Source: a virus
Length of the DNA: 64,000 nt
Direction: 5' to 3' (one strand)
Virus record (IMG/VR): IMGVR_UViG_3300042310_000541
Span: 11,563 to 75,562 of that record
This document shows positions 20,219 to 31,000 of the stretch, in pieces. The notes under the pieces are model-generated. The model worked only from the letters and a program-made list of their open reading frames with translations. It ran no database searches and had not been told where the DNA came from. Position numbers and translations under genes: made by a program. Positions within the stretch are counted from its first letter, which is position 1, and every line of letters starts with the position of its first letter.

Positions 20219-23200
20219 ATGCCTGATGAAAATAAAAAACAAAGAACTTATGAAGAAGTTCAAGGTGAAATAAATTTCTTAACAAACAAAAAAAAAGAGT
20301 ATCAAAAGAAAGTATCTGAAGCTATAGATAAAGTTGAAAGTGACCCAGATAAAGTAGCTAAGCTTAAAACATATGTTAACAATCTTACTCTTGGAGCTAC
20401 TGAAAAAGAAAGGAAATTCTGTATAGGTTCAGCTTGTTATACTTTAAATCAAGCAGGAGAATTGTTAAAGTACACATCTAATGCTTCAGTAGAAAAAGAT
20501 ATAACAAGTGGAAAGTTAAAAGGTTATCATTATGATTACAATTTAAATGATGTAGAGCCTGGCGATATATTGCAATTAAACAAAAAAACAGAGAAGGGTC
20601 TTAGAGGAGCTCCTTATCATGGAATGCTAGTAAAAAAAGTTGAGAAAGATAAGTCTGGAAATGTGACTGCAGTAGAGTACTATGGAAGTCAAGGATTAGC
20701 TGAGTCATTTGGAACACATAGAATAGAAGGAGTATCTCTTGATAACTATAGAGCTGATAAAACAAGTCATGAAGTAATTAAAAAAGATTTTATACCAAAT
20801 TCTCTTTATGCAGAAAGAGATGCAGTTAAACCCATAGTTAAACCTATAGTTAAAAAATATGTAGATTATGAGCCAAATCAGACTATTGGTTACTTAGGGA
20901 GTAACGATGAGTCTGAAGATAAAAAGAAAAATAGAGCAGAGTATATAGATAAAATGATGGGTAGAAAAGAAGAGCTTATGAGAGCTTACAATCTATCTAA
21001 CAATGAATATAATGATTTAGTAAAATTATCAGCTGGAATTATTGACCAAGAATCTGAATATGGAACATCAGCAAGATATAAAGCAAAGAATATTCCTGGA
21101 GTTCAATTTGTAGGTAAAATATTAAAAGGTGATATTAAAGAAGCTTTTTCTCTAGATGAATATTCTACTGGAGCTGGGCAGGGAAAAGAAAAGTACTTTC
21201 CATCTAAAGCAGGTAAGAAATTTGGTATAACTCCAGATAGTAAAGAAGCTACATTACTTACTGTATTAGATAGATATTCAAATCAAGTTTCAAGTGAATT
21301 AAAAGGAACTTCAGCAGCTTATTTAAAAACAGCTAATGTTTATAAAGGAATGTCAAGTGATAATAATGAATATGCAAAATCTGTTTTAGATAAAGCATCT
21401 TCATTTGGATTAACAAACTACGATCATAGTAAAGCTAGTTTAATTAATATAAAAAATAAAGCAATTGAAAAAAAACAAAATTTAATGCAACAATCATTTG
21501 CTCCAGTTGTTAAACAGGAGAATTTTGTTAATATTAAAAAAGAACCAGTTGTTAAGTTTGAGTATGGAGGTTTATTAAATAGCTTAGATAATAATAAATT
21601 TCAAGATGGCGGTGAGTTTGGTGATTATAAACAAGCAGGCCCAGTAGAAGATAGGCCATCTGAATATGTGGGAAAAGCAGGAATGACAGGAATGATGAGA
21701 GCTAAAATAGCTACTGAAGCTAATTATGGAAATCCTTCTGCATTAAGAATAGTATCACCTAATCCTAACAAGTATACTTTTACAGGAGAAGAAAAAGATT
21801 GGAGAGGAAATCAAGCTTCACCAGCAGGTACTTATGGAACACATTTTATGAGTTCTTTTGGTAATCAAGCAAGACCTGGGTTACAAGAAGTTAATGGTAA
21901 AATGCAGTATTTTCAAGATCCTCCAAGAAATAGTAAAGAAAATATTAATTTTTCAAGGCCTGAAGATGCTAACTATTTTGCTGAAAACTATAAAGATGTT
22001 GCCCCAATGATGAGGGGTACAGCTCCAGATGTTACTAATGCTACAGAGTATGTAAAAGGTTGGTATAACTCGCCTATGTATGATAAAATATTAAGAAACC
22101 AAATTGCAGATGCAGGTATAAAAAGTCCTAGACGTACAGAAAGAATTGTAAAAAGATATAACAATAATTTTAATAAAGATCTTAATAATTCATTTTATGA
22201 TGTTACTCCTGATATAGTAGACAGTCCTGAATATTATGGAAGAAGCATTAATGATTATAAAGGAGGTAAAAAAATAAATTTAAATAAGAATTTTGTAGAA
22301 AGTAATCCTAAATTAGTTAATAGTTTGTTTTCACATGAATTAGCTCATGATAATTTAATGACAGATATGGATGAAAAATATATAAATAAAAATACTCCAC
22401 AATATAATCCAACAATACACAATGAAAAAACATATAATAAACTTACACATCCTGGAGAAGTAAGATCTCAAATACATTCTATTAGACAGCTAAGTGGAGA
22501 AAATAAAATTTATGACCCACTTACCCAACCTTTTAAAAAGGAATACTTAGATAAAGTAAATGAGTCTTATAAACAAGGGACTGGAGATAAAAAATATGAA
22601 AATTACAATCAATTACAAAGATTAAGACAGTTTTATTCAGATGATCAGATTACTGAGATGATGAATACTATAACTAAATCTAATTCTAATGATGGAAAGG
22701 TTTATGCAAAGAATGGAGGTTGGTTAGATGGTTTAACTACTAACAAGTTTGATATGGGAGGTTTATTAGATGGTTTAGATAAAGGTACTCAAGTTCCTGA
22801 TGCTACAGCTACAGCTAAACCTGTAGTAGATTTAAACTTTGCTGTAACACCTGCACAAAAACAAGTTGCTGCTAAAAATAAAAGACAAGCAGAAGTTGAT
22901 ATGCAAGTAGACCATCCTGAGTTTTATCGTAATCAGAATTTTCTAGATAAGAAAGCTGTTAAGCCTTACAATGTTGAAGATTATAAAAAAGGTATAAAAG
23001 AACCTGGATTACAAACTAGTGCAGATCCTATTGATTTAGTAGGTACAGGTGTTTATAAAAACATTTTTAAAAATAGTGTAAGGGCTATTTACCCTACAAT
23101 GGAAAAAACACTTTTAAAAACACAAAATTTAGCTGGAAAAGCTATAACTTCAAAACCTGTAAATCAAATTGTTGATAAATTTAATAAAGCAGGAAAAGCA

Positions 23201-23899
23201 GAACAGAAAGTACAACAAGGTAGTGATTACATTGATAATTGGTATGAAAATCCTTTAATAAATGAGAGGTACAATAATTTTAGAAATAAGGGGGCAATAG
23301 ATTCTTATAAATCAACGAAAGCTGGGGATATTATAAATTTAATTAAAGGTAGTAATAAACCAAGATATTCAGAAGTTTTAAGCAATCCTAAAAGTAACAT
23401 AAAATTATCTTTAGATTATGAAAAATTAGATCGTAAACCACTTAGTAATATGGGTATAGCTTATGACTATGGAGATACTTATGTAAATAAATTAGCTAAA
23501 AATAAAGCTAGTGTTGCTGCACATGAAAGAACCCATCAATACTTTCCTGGTTTTACTTATAATGAAGCTGAAATAAAAGCTTTAAGAGAACCTTTTAAAT
23601 TAGGTAATACAAAATATGAAAGATACTTAAAGAAGCCACAAGAACTACATGCTAGAATTAATGAAGCTAGATTTCAATTAGGATTAAAACCTGAAGACAA
23701 AGTTACTTCAGAAATGTTAAAAAAGTTAAAAACAAATACACCAGGTATGAAAAAAATGTTTAATTCTGTTAAAGATGAAAAAGCTCTAATAAATTTATTT
23801 AATAATTTTTATACACCTGCTGCAATAGTAGGTGTTGGAGCCAAAGCGCTAGAACAAGATAAAAAACAAAACGGAGGTTGGTTAGACAATTTAAAATAA
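20219..23899 (+). CDS. Multidomain virion cargo protein: NlpC/CHAP-like peptidase, lysozyme-like domain, two zincin-like domains
   Basis: FCIGSAC...GDILQL...YHGMLV; GIIDQESEYG; HELAH + PGEVRSQI; HERTH + PQELHARI. Confidence 0.6.
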   Translation: MPDENKKQRTYEEVQGEINFLTNKKKEYQKKVSEAIDKVESDPDKVAKLKTYVNNLTLGATEKERKFCIGSACYTLNQAGELLKYTSNASVEKDITSGKLKGYHYDYNLNDVEPGDILQLNKKTEKGLRGAPYHGMLVKKVEKDKSGNVTAVEYYGSQGLAESFGTHRIEGVSLDNYRADKTSHEVIKKDFIPNSLYAERDAVKPIVKPIVKKYVDYEPNQTIGYLGSNDESEDKKKNRAEYIDKMMGRKEELMRAYNLSNNEYNDLVKLSAGIIDQESEYGTSARYKAKNIPGVQFVGKILKGDIKEAFSLDEYSTGAGQGKEKYFPSKAGKKFGITPDSKEATLLTVLDRYSNQVSSELKGTSAAYLKTANVYKGMSSDNNEYAKSVLDKASSFGLTNYDHSKASLINIKNKAIEKKQNLMQQSFAPVVKQENFVNIKKEPVVKFEYGGLLNSLDNNKFQDGGEFGDYKQAGPVEDRPSEYVGKAGMTGMMRAKIATEANYGNPSALRIVSPNPNKYTFTGEEKDWRGNQASPAGTYGTHFMSSFGNQARPGLQEVNGKMQYFQDPPRNSKENINFSRPEDANYFAENYKDVAPMMRGTAPDVTNATEYVKGWYNSPMYDKILRNQIADAGIKSPRRTERIVKRYNNNFNKDLNNSFYDVTPDIVDSPEYYGRSINDYKGGKKINLNKNFVESNPKLVNSLFSHELAHDNLMTDMDEKYINKNTPQYNPTIHNEKTYNKLTHPGEVRSQIHSIRQLSGENKIYDPLTQPFKKEYLDKVNESYKQGTGDKKYENYNQLQRLRQFYSDDQITEMMNTITKSNSNDGKVYAKNGGWLDGLTTNKFDMGGLLDGLDKGTQVPDATATAKPVVDLNFAVTPAQKQVAAKNKRQAEVDMQVDHPEFYRNQNFLDKKAVKPYNVEDYKKGIKEPGLQTSADPIDLVGTGVYKNIFKNSVRAIYPTMEKTLLKTQNLAGKAITSKPVNQIVDKFNKAGKAEQKVQQGSDYIDNWYENPLINERYNNFRNKGAIDSYKSTKAGDIINLIKGSNKPRYSEVLSNPKSNIKLSLDYEKLDRKPLSNMGIAYDYGDTYVNKLAKNKASVAAHERTHQYFPGFTYNEAEIKALREPFKLGNTKYERYLKKPQELHARINEARFQLGLKPEDKVTSEMLKKLKTNTPGMKKMFNSVKDEKALINLFNNFYTPAAIVGVGAKALEQDKKQNGGWLDNLK

Positions 23900-23905
23900 T
23901 TAATT

Positions 23906-25909
23906 ATGACAAAGCAAGAAATACTTAAAACACACAAGATGACCGAGAAGGAGTTCTACAAGAAGTTTCCTACTTTAGAAGCATATAATCAATTTCAAAT
24001 GGGAGGTTCTTTATCTCCTAAACAAAAGTTTCAAGGTGGTGGTTTTGCTCTTCCAGTTGATCCTAGTGTTATGCAAAATATTACAAAAACAGTTCCAACT
24101 TTTGGAAATGGGGCAGGTGGAGCAGTTGGAGCTTCTGCAGGAGGTGCAGCAAGTGGATTAGGTTCAGCAGCAGGACCAGCAGCATCAGCTATATCAGCAG
24201 TTCCTGAATTAATACAAGGAGCTAAACAACCTAGTGGTCCTGAAAAAGGGAAAGCTGTTGGTAAAACAATCGGTTCTACAGCAGGAGGTATTGGTGGGGC
24301 CATTGCAGGTTCAATCCTATTACCTGGAGTTGGTACAGTTATCGGAGGTATGTTAGGTAGTACACTTGGAGGAATGGCTGGTGGAGGTATTGGTAAAATG
24401 GTAGGTAATCAAAACCAAGAGTTTAAGCAAGAAACTAATCAATTTAAGATGGGTGGTGATTTTACAGATTTTAAAGGATATACACATGAAGATGGAGGTG
24501 TGACATTTCCAGGAACAAACATTGAAGTTGAAAAAAATGAAACAAAAGCTAAACTTCCTGATGGAAGAAAAGTTATTTTTACAAATTCAAATGAAATTCC
24601 GTATAAAGGAAAAAGAACTTATGCCCAAGAACATAGATCTATAGAAAAAAAGTATTTTAGAAATGACTTAACTGATATGAATACAAAGAAAAGATTGATA
24701 CCAAAATTATTTGAAGATCAAGAAATGAAAAAAGAACAAAAGCAAGCAATGATGTTAACTGATTTAAAAAATCAATATATGATGTATGGAGGCAAATTAA
24801 GAATGGCTCCAGGAGGAGAAATTAATTACAATTATCCAATGAGTGAAGACAGAACTACATCAGTAGCTGGTGGTTCTCCTGGATATATAAAGCCTAAATC
24901 ATTTGCAGCAATGCCTGTAGATCTTAATCCTAAACCCTTTTTAGCATATCCAACTGGACCTAAAAATACAAAAGATTTTCAAGATTGGATGGATGTAAAT
25001 AATCCTACTTGGTACAAGGGTGCAAAATTTAGTGAGAATCCTGATTATAAAGGCTATTATGGAACTTATGGAAGCAATACACAAAATGCTTACAAAAATT
25101 TTAGTAATGATTATGAAATAATGATTGGAGATCAACAAAGACGTAAGGATTTAAATTTAACTCCAATGCCTAGAATGGGAATAACAAAACCAGATGATTT
25201 AAATCCTAAGATAAATGATAAAATGTTAGATGTTCCTGATTTTTATCATAGTCCAGGTAAAAGTAAACCTAAAGTTTATGATGGACCTTCATATGCAAAT
25301 TTAGCTGCTCAAAGCTTGGGAGATGCTTATAATATTGGAAGAGGATTAAAAGGGCCTGATCCTGTAGACTTTGAAAGAGTTAAACCTTCATTTATGTATG
25401 CAGATCCAAAGCCTGCTATTACTGCTATGAATAATGCAACAAGTACTAGCTTTAATAACGCTAGAAATTCTATAAATAATAGTGGTGCAGGAAGAGCTGA
25501 AAGACTAACTTTCTTAACACAAACTGCTGGACAAGAAAGCTTAAAAAGAGGATTAGGTGAAGCTCAAATAAAATCAGAGTATGATAAAATGAATACAAAT
25601 ACTTACAATTCAATTGCTAATCAAGCTAAATCTCAAAATGCTCAAATTCAAATGGCTGAATCTGAAGCTAGACAGAAAGAACAAGATGCAGCAAGAAGTT
25701 CAATAAGTACTGGTCTTTCTGGTTTAGGATCTAAAGTAGGAGGATTTAATAGTGCAAAAAGTTCTTGGAATAATCAAAATGATTTACTATCTTTGATGCG
25801 TAACAAAGGCTTTTATCCAGTTGAAGGAAAAGATGGAAAAATGATGTGGAAAAAAGACGGAGTGAATGTTCCTTATGAAGTAGGAATAACAAGTGCTTTT
25901 GGAAAATAA
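23906..25909 (+). CDS. Ejection/cargo protein with glycine-zipper TM region
   Basis: GGIGGAIAGSILLPGVGTVIGGMLGSTLGGMAGGGIG; GYTHEDGGV...EVE motif; helical C-terminus. Confidence 0.6.
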   Translation: MTKQEILKTHKMTEKEFYKKFPTLEAYNQFQMGGSLSPKQKFQGGGFALPVDPSVMQNITKTVPTFGNGAGGAVGASAGGAASGLGSAAGPAASAISAVPELIQGAKQPSGPEKGKAVGKTIGSTAGGIGGAIAGSILLPGVGTVIGGMLGSTLGGMAGGGIGKMVGNQNQEFKQETNQFKMGGDFTDFKGYTHEDGGVTFPGTNIEVEKNETKAKLPDGRKVIFTNSNEIPYKGKRTYAQEHRSIEKKYFRNDLTDMNTKKRLIPKLFEDQEMKKEQKQAMMLTDLKNQYMMYGGKLRMAPGGEINYNYPMSEDRTTSVAGGSPGYIKPKSFAAMPVDLNPKPFLAYPTGPKNTKDFQDWMDVNNPTWYKGAKFSENPDYKGYYGTYGSNTQNAYKNFSNDYEIMIGDQQRRKDLNLTPMPRMGITKPDDLNPKINDKMLDVPDFYHSPGKSKPKVYDGPSYANLAAQSLGDAYNIGRGLKGPDPVDFERVKPSFMYADPKPAITAMNNATSTSFNNARNSINNSGAGRAERLTFLTQTAGQESLKRGLGEAQIKSEYDKMNTNTYNSIANQAKSQNAQIQMAESEARQKEQDAARSSISTGLSGLGSKVGGFNSAKSSWNNQNDLLSLMRNKGFYPVEGKDGKMMWKKDGVNVPYEVGITSAFGK

Positions 25910-25941
25910 TAATAACAGCAAAGCAAATTTAAAAAAATAAT

Positions 25942-28047
25942 ATGAGATTTTTTAAACCAGAAAGCAAAGAATATATTTCAGATTTTGTTCCGCAAGATAT
26001 AAATGCAATTTATAAAATGAAGCAAAATTTAGATGCTGATAATGAAAAAACAGAAACAGCTATAGGATTAGCTCAAAATGCATTTAATTTAAAGCCGGGA
26101 GAAATGACCGCAGGTCTGGCAAATAATTTAAACAAAATGTATAATAATGAATCTCAAAAAATAGCAGATAATTATTATTCTGGAAACATAGATGATTCTA
26201 CAGCTAGAGTTCAAATATCTAAATTAACAAATCATTTTAATAATAATCCAGAAGTTCAAACTGTTCAATATGATAATGAGTTAATTCCTGTAGCTTCAGC
26301 CTTAAGAGCAAATCCTTTATTTGGAGATTACGGAATATCTAAAGGAAAAGATCCTCAAACTGGAAATTGGAAACCAGTTCAAAAGTCAATGACTAGATCT
26401 GAACTTCAGGATGCTTATAAAACTTATTTTCCTGGAGATGGATTTAAGGAATTAAGTCCAGTTTTGAACTCAATTATGCCAGATGTTGTAGAAGGAAATA
26501 CTTCATTTGAAGGATATGAACAAGGTAAAACTACAGCTCTTGGAGAAGGATTGTATAGCGTAAAAACATCATCAGGATGGAAAACAGTTAAATTAGATGA
26601 AAATAAAGTAAGAAGAGAAATTCATGGTTGGGTTGATGCTAATTGGGAAAGAAATAATTATGAGCATTATGTTTATGGAAGAAAAAGCGGAGACTTTAAT
26701 ACTCCTATGGATTGGGAAAATTATATTGTAAATCAATTTGTAGGTTCTAGAAATGATAGATCTTCCTCAAAAGGAGAATCAATAAATCCAGCTATAAAAC
26801 CAGGAAGCAAAACTGATGAAGAAGATAATCAATTAGTTCCAGAAGGAGGAATAGTAAGTTCTCCAATGGGAGATATATTAGGAGATAATTATAATAACCT
26901 AAAAAAATCTGGATTTGTAACAGATGATGGAATTTTTGATTTTGAAAAACTAGCAGAACCAAGTACTGTTTTTAAGATAAATGGAGTTAATTACACTATA
27001 GATGATATTAATAATGAAAATCTTCCTTCAGGATATAAACAAAAATATATAGGTGGTCAATATGGACTTGAGCGAGCAATTGAAGGTCCAGGAGGCGTTA
27101 TAATAAAAAGTAAAATTGAAAATAAAGCTGAAAAAGAAAAGCAAGCTTTTGAAATGATGAATAAAATGAAGATAGCTTTAGGCTCAGAAAAGTTAGTAGA
27201 ACTTGGAATAAATCCTAATGCAATAGTTCCATCAAAAGATTGGCCTGTAATGTCATTAGCATTTAATGAATTATCAAAAACAAAAGGATTTGGAGTTCAA
27301 ATGACTAATGCGTCAAGAGATTTAATTAATGAAAAAATTGCTAAATATGGACTTGGAGACTATACTGTTTCTGTGAACAATAGCCCATTTGAAGATCATC
27401 AGAAAATGAGTGATGATTCATCTGAATCTCTTTATAAAAAAGGAAATAAAGTTGTCGTAAGAAATAGAATTTCAGGATCAGGAAGTGGCAATGAGAATAT
27501 ACTACAAGGTGAAATATTAGATGAGAACAATCAATTTGTAGCAACTGTTAATTTGAAGCCTAAAAATGAAGCTGAAAATAATTATTTTAAAAACATGAAA
27601 TCAGTTGAAGATAAGTCAATAGCATTTATGACAACCGGAGATTTTGTTCAATTTGCAAACAAAAATGACAGAAAATTATATTCAAAAGAAACTATAAAAA
27701 ATACAATGAATAAAAATGCTGAAGCTTATATACAAAAACTAGTAAATGCATATGGAAAATCTAAAGGAGAAGCAATAATGAATGCATTAAATATAGATCC
27801 GAATAATGCAGAAGCTAAAAAAAATATATTGCTTTTAGATAGGACTGTTATGGGTGATGGAAAAACTTTTGTTTATACATATGTCAATGCAAACAATCCT
27901 TCAAATATAATTTATATAAATAGTGAAGGAAGAGTATTTAATAGCATTGGAGAGTTGAAGGTTAATTTAGACAGCAAATGGTATAGAACAAGTAGTGGTT
28001 TAGGAAGAGGAACTAAAGATTTTGAAAAAACAGAAGGAGAAAAATAA
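25942..28047 (+). CDS. Putative virion cargo protein
   Basis: 701 aa; N-terminal Y.S.FVP motif; between cargo genes and the RNAP. Confidence 0.5.
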   Translation: MRFFKPESKEYISDFVPQDINAIYKMKQNLDADNEKTETAIGLAQNAFNLKPGEMTAGLANNLNKMYNNESQKIADNYYSGNIDDSTARVQISKLTNHFNNNPEVQTVQYDNELIPVASALRANPLFGDYGISKGKDPQTGNWKPVQKSMTRSELQDAYKTYFPGDGFKELSPVLNSIMPDVVEGNTSFEGYEQGKTTALGEGLYSVKTSSGWKTVKLDENKVRREIHGWVDANWERNNYEHYVYGRKSGDFNTPMDWENYIVNQFVGSRNDRSSSKGESINPAIKPGSKTDEEDNQLVPEGGIVSSPMGDILGDNYNNLKKSGFVTDDGIFDFEKLAEPSTVFKINGVNYTIDDINNENLPSGYKQKYIGGQYGLERAIEGPGGVIIKSKIENKAEKEKQAFEMMNKMKIALGSEKLVELGINPNAIVPSKDWPVMSLAFNELSKTKGFGVQMTNASRDLINEKIAKYGLGDYTVSVNNSPFEDHQKMSDDSSESLYKKGNKVVVRNRISGSGSGNENILQGEILDENNQFVATVNLKPKNEAENNYFKNMKSVEDKSIAFMTTGDFVQFANKNDRKLYSKETIKNTMNKNAEAYIQKLVNAYGKSKGEAIMNALNIDPNNAEAKKNILLLDRTVMGDGKTFVYTYVNANNPSNIIYINSEGRVFNSIGELKVNLDSKWYRTSSGLGRGTKDFEKTEGEK

Positions 28048-28053
28048 AATAAT

Positions 28054-31000
28054 ATGCCAGAAAACGAAAACGAATTTATATTTAGCAAAGATTTAAAGTT
28101 AAGCAAAACAGATCCAAATTTAAAAGTAACTCCATCTGGAACAAGCGGAGTTCTTAGTGGAGCTTTTGGAAATACAGATTTTGGAGAATCACAATTTGAT
28201 TCACCAGATTTACCTGCATCAAGTATAATGAGCGGTGAATACAAAGATATTAGAGGAGATATTCAATCAAAAACTGATAAATGGTTTAATGCTGTTCCAA
28301 GATTAATATCTAAAGTAGGAACTGAAGTTGCTAAAACTCCTGCATATCTTTATGCATTAGGAGAAGCTGTTGCTACAGATAAGTCATTAGCTGAGTCGTT
28401 AAATAATTCATGGTTAAATGCACTTCAAAATTTAGATGATAAAACTAAAAAAGAATTTGCTATTTACAAACCTAAATCTGTTGTTGAAGGTAATTTATGG
28501 GATAACATTTCTTCTGCATCATTTTGGACAGATGAAGGAGTTGATGGTGTAGGATTTTTACTTGCTATGATGGCTCCGGCAGGAGCTTTAAGATTAGCAA
28601 ATCTTTCAGGAAAAATGACTAAGTTTGGAATTGGTATAAATACTGCTAAGAATTTAGAGTTAGGAGCTGGAACATTATTAAATACAACATTAGAGTCAGC
28701 TGCTGAATCTAAAGGATTAGTTGATAAAATTAAACCAATGCTTGATGAGCAATGGGCTGAAAAAGTAGCAAATGGAATGGATCCAGAATTAGCTGAGAAA
28801 TTAAAAAATGAAATGCTTAATAAGGCAGGTTTTGATTCATTTATGCAAAACATGATTCTTATTGCAGGCCCAAATTTCTTAATGAATAAAAAAATGTTAG
28901 GAAGATTTATTCCTGATAAAACTTCAATGAGTGCAATTGAAGATGCATCTGGTAAATTTATTGCACCTATTAAACTTACTAAAAAGCAAATTGCGGGTAA
29001 TTATGGAAAAAGCTTATTAGAATCTTCTGTATCAGAAGGTTTAATTGAAGAAGGTGGTCAGTTTGCAATTGAGAATTACAATGAAAAAGTTGCATTAGGT
29101 TCAAATGATGTAAGTTTAATTAGTGAATATATTGATGGCTTGTCAACAACTGAAGGTCAAAAGTCAGTATTTCTTGGTGCTTTTTTAGGTTCAATGAGTG
29201 CTGTTGCAGGAGAATATGGCAAAGCAGCAAAAGACTTTAAAAAAAATACAAACTTATATTCAATGATGAAAAAAAATGAAGATGCTTATATATCTTCAAT
29301 TAATGAGTTGTATGATGTAAATGAAAAAGGAGAGCCACAGTTAAATCCTAAAAGAACTGCAGAGTATTTAGTTGCAATGCATAAAAACATGACTGATGCT
29401 GAACTAAAAGATGATTATGCAAGACTTGGCAATGAAGAAGGTTATGCATTTATAGCTAACAAAGACTTTACTAGATTTGCAGCAAGTTATTTAATGAATG
29501 GTGGTAATGTTGATGGATTAAACAAACATATAGATGAACTGTCAGCTAAGTTATTAGAAAATGAAAAAAAATCAAATCCAGATAAAAATGACTTAGATGA
29601 AGTTAAATTTAAATCTGATTTAAAACAAAAAGCTAAACAATTAGAAAAAGCTATTAAAAGTATTGACAGTTCAGTTAATGTAAAAGTTAAATCAGAAAAC
29701 AAACCTTTGCTTGCTAAGTTTGCAAATGATTTATTTAACACAGCTTTAAATGAAACGTCAAATCAAATGTTTATTAAAGATAGAATAAATGATTTAAATT
29801 TAAGACGTTTAGAATTAACCAATGCTTTGTCAGCTGACATTCCTCAAAATAAAATAGAGGCAGATAAAATAGAAAAACAAATAGAACTTTACAATAAAGA
29901 TTTTGAAACATCTGTAAAAGATTATGAAAAATTGTTTGACAAAAATGAACAAGAAATAGCTTTTGCCTGGTATGAAAAGCAAGATGTAAAAACTGATAAA
30001 GATATTGAAAAAACAAAAAAAAAAGTTAAAAAGAATGATATAAAAAGCTTTGCTGAAAGAATAAGAAATGGCGAAGATGTGTATTCTGACGAAGATCAGG
30101 CATTTTTTAATGAAAACAGGAAGGAAATTGAAAAAGAATTAAACTCAAATCCTGCAAACGAGGTTATTGAAACTCCATTCACAGAAGAAGATAATGAAGT
30201 TGATTTAGAAAATAAAAGAAGAAAGAATGCTGATGACCTAATGCATATAAGTAGCCTTAGAGAAAAAGCTAAAAAACAAAAAGAACTAGAAGAAACATTG
30301 AGCAATTCTACTGACTTAAATGGCTTGTCAGATAGAGCTCAAGTGAAGTACTCTGGAATGGAAGGAAGAATTTATAAGCATGAAAATGAAAACCTTTATA
30401 TATTTGTAGATAACAAAACAGGTAAAGAATATGAAATTCCTCAAGATGAAGAATTTGGATATGATGGAAAATTGCATGATTATGGAATATTTGAACTAGG
30501 AAAAGAAAACTCAATATTTGACATTATTACGATTAATGATAGCGGAAATTTTGTTATTAACAATAAAGAATATATAAATAACTATTCAAATCCATTAAAC
30601 GCAATAAATAGAGATAAAAATGGCAATATTATATCAGTAACATTGTCTAATAAAAAAGGACAACCAAGAACTTTTAAAAAGTTTGCTGATGAAATGGCCT
30701 ATGCAATATTATTACAAACCTATGATAAATTAGAAAATGAAAGCAAAAGAACTAGAGAAGAAACTAAAAGAAAGCTTACAGAGCCAATTACAGAACAAGA
30801 CAGTCAAAGAAAAGAACAAGATAATGACGGAAGCAATTCAGAAGAGTCTAGAAAAATAGAAGAAGCAATTGCAAAATTGCAACAAGGAATAGAAGAATCA
30901 AGAAATGAATTAAACAATACAGAAAAAGATAAAGAGCAAGCCGAGTTTTTTGAGTTTGCAATGCAGTCTGAAACATCTGAGGAGTTATTAGAATATGTTG

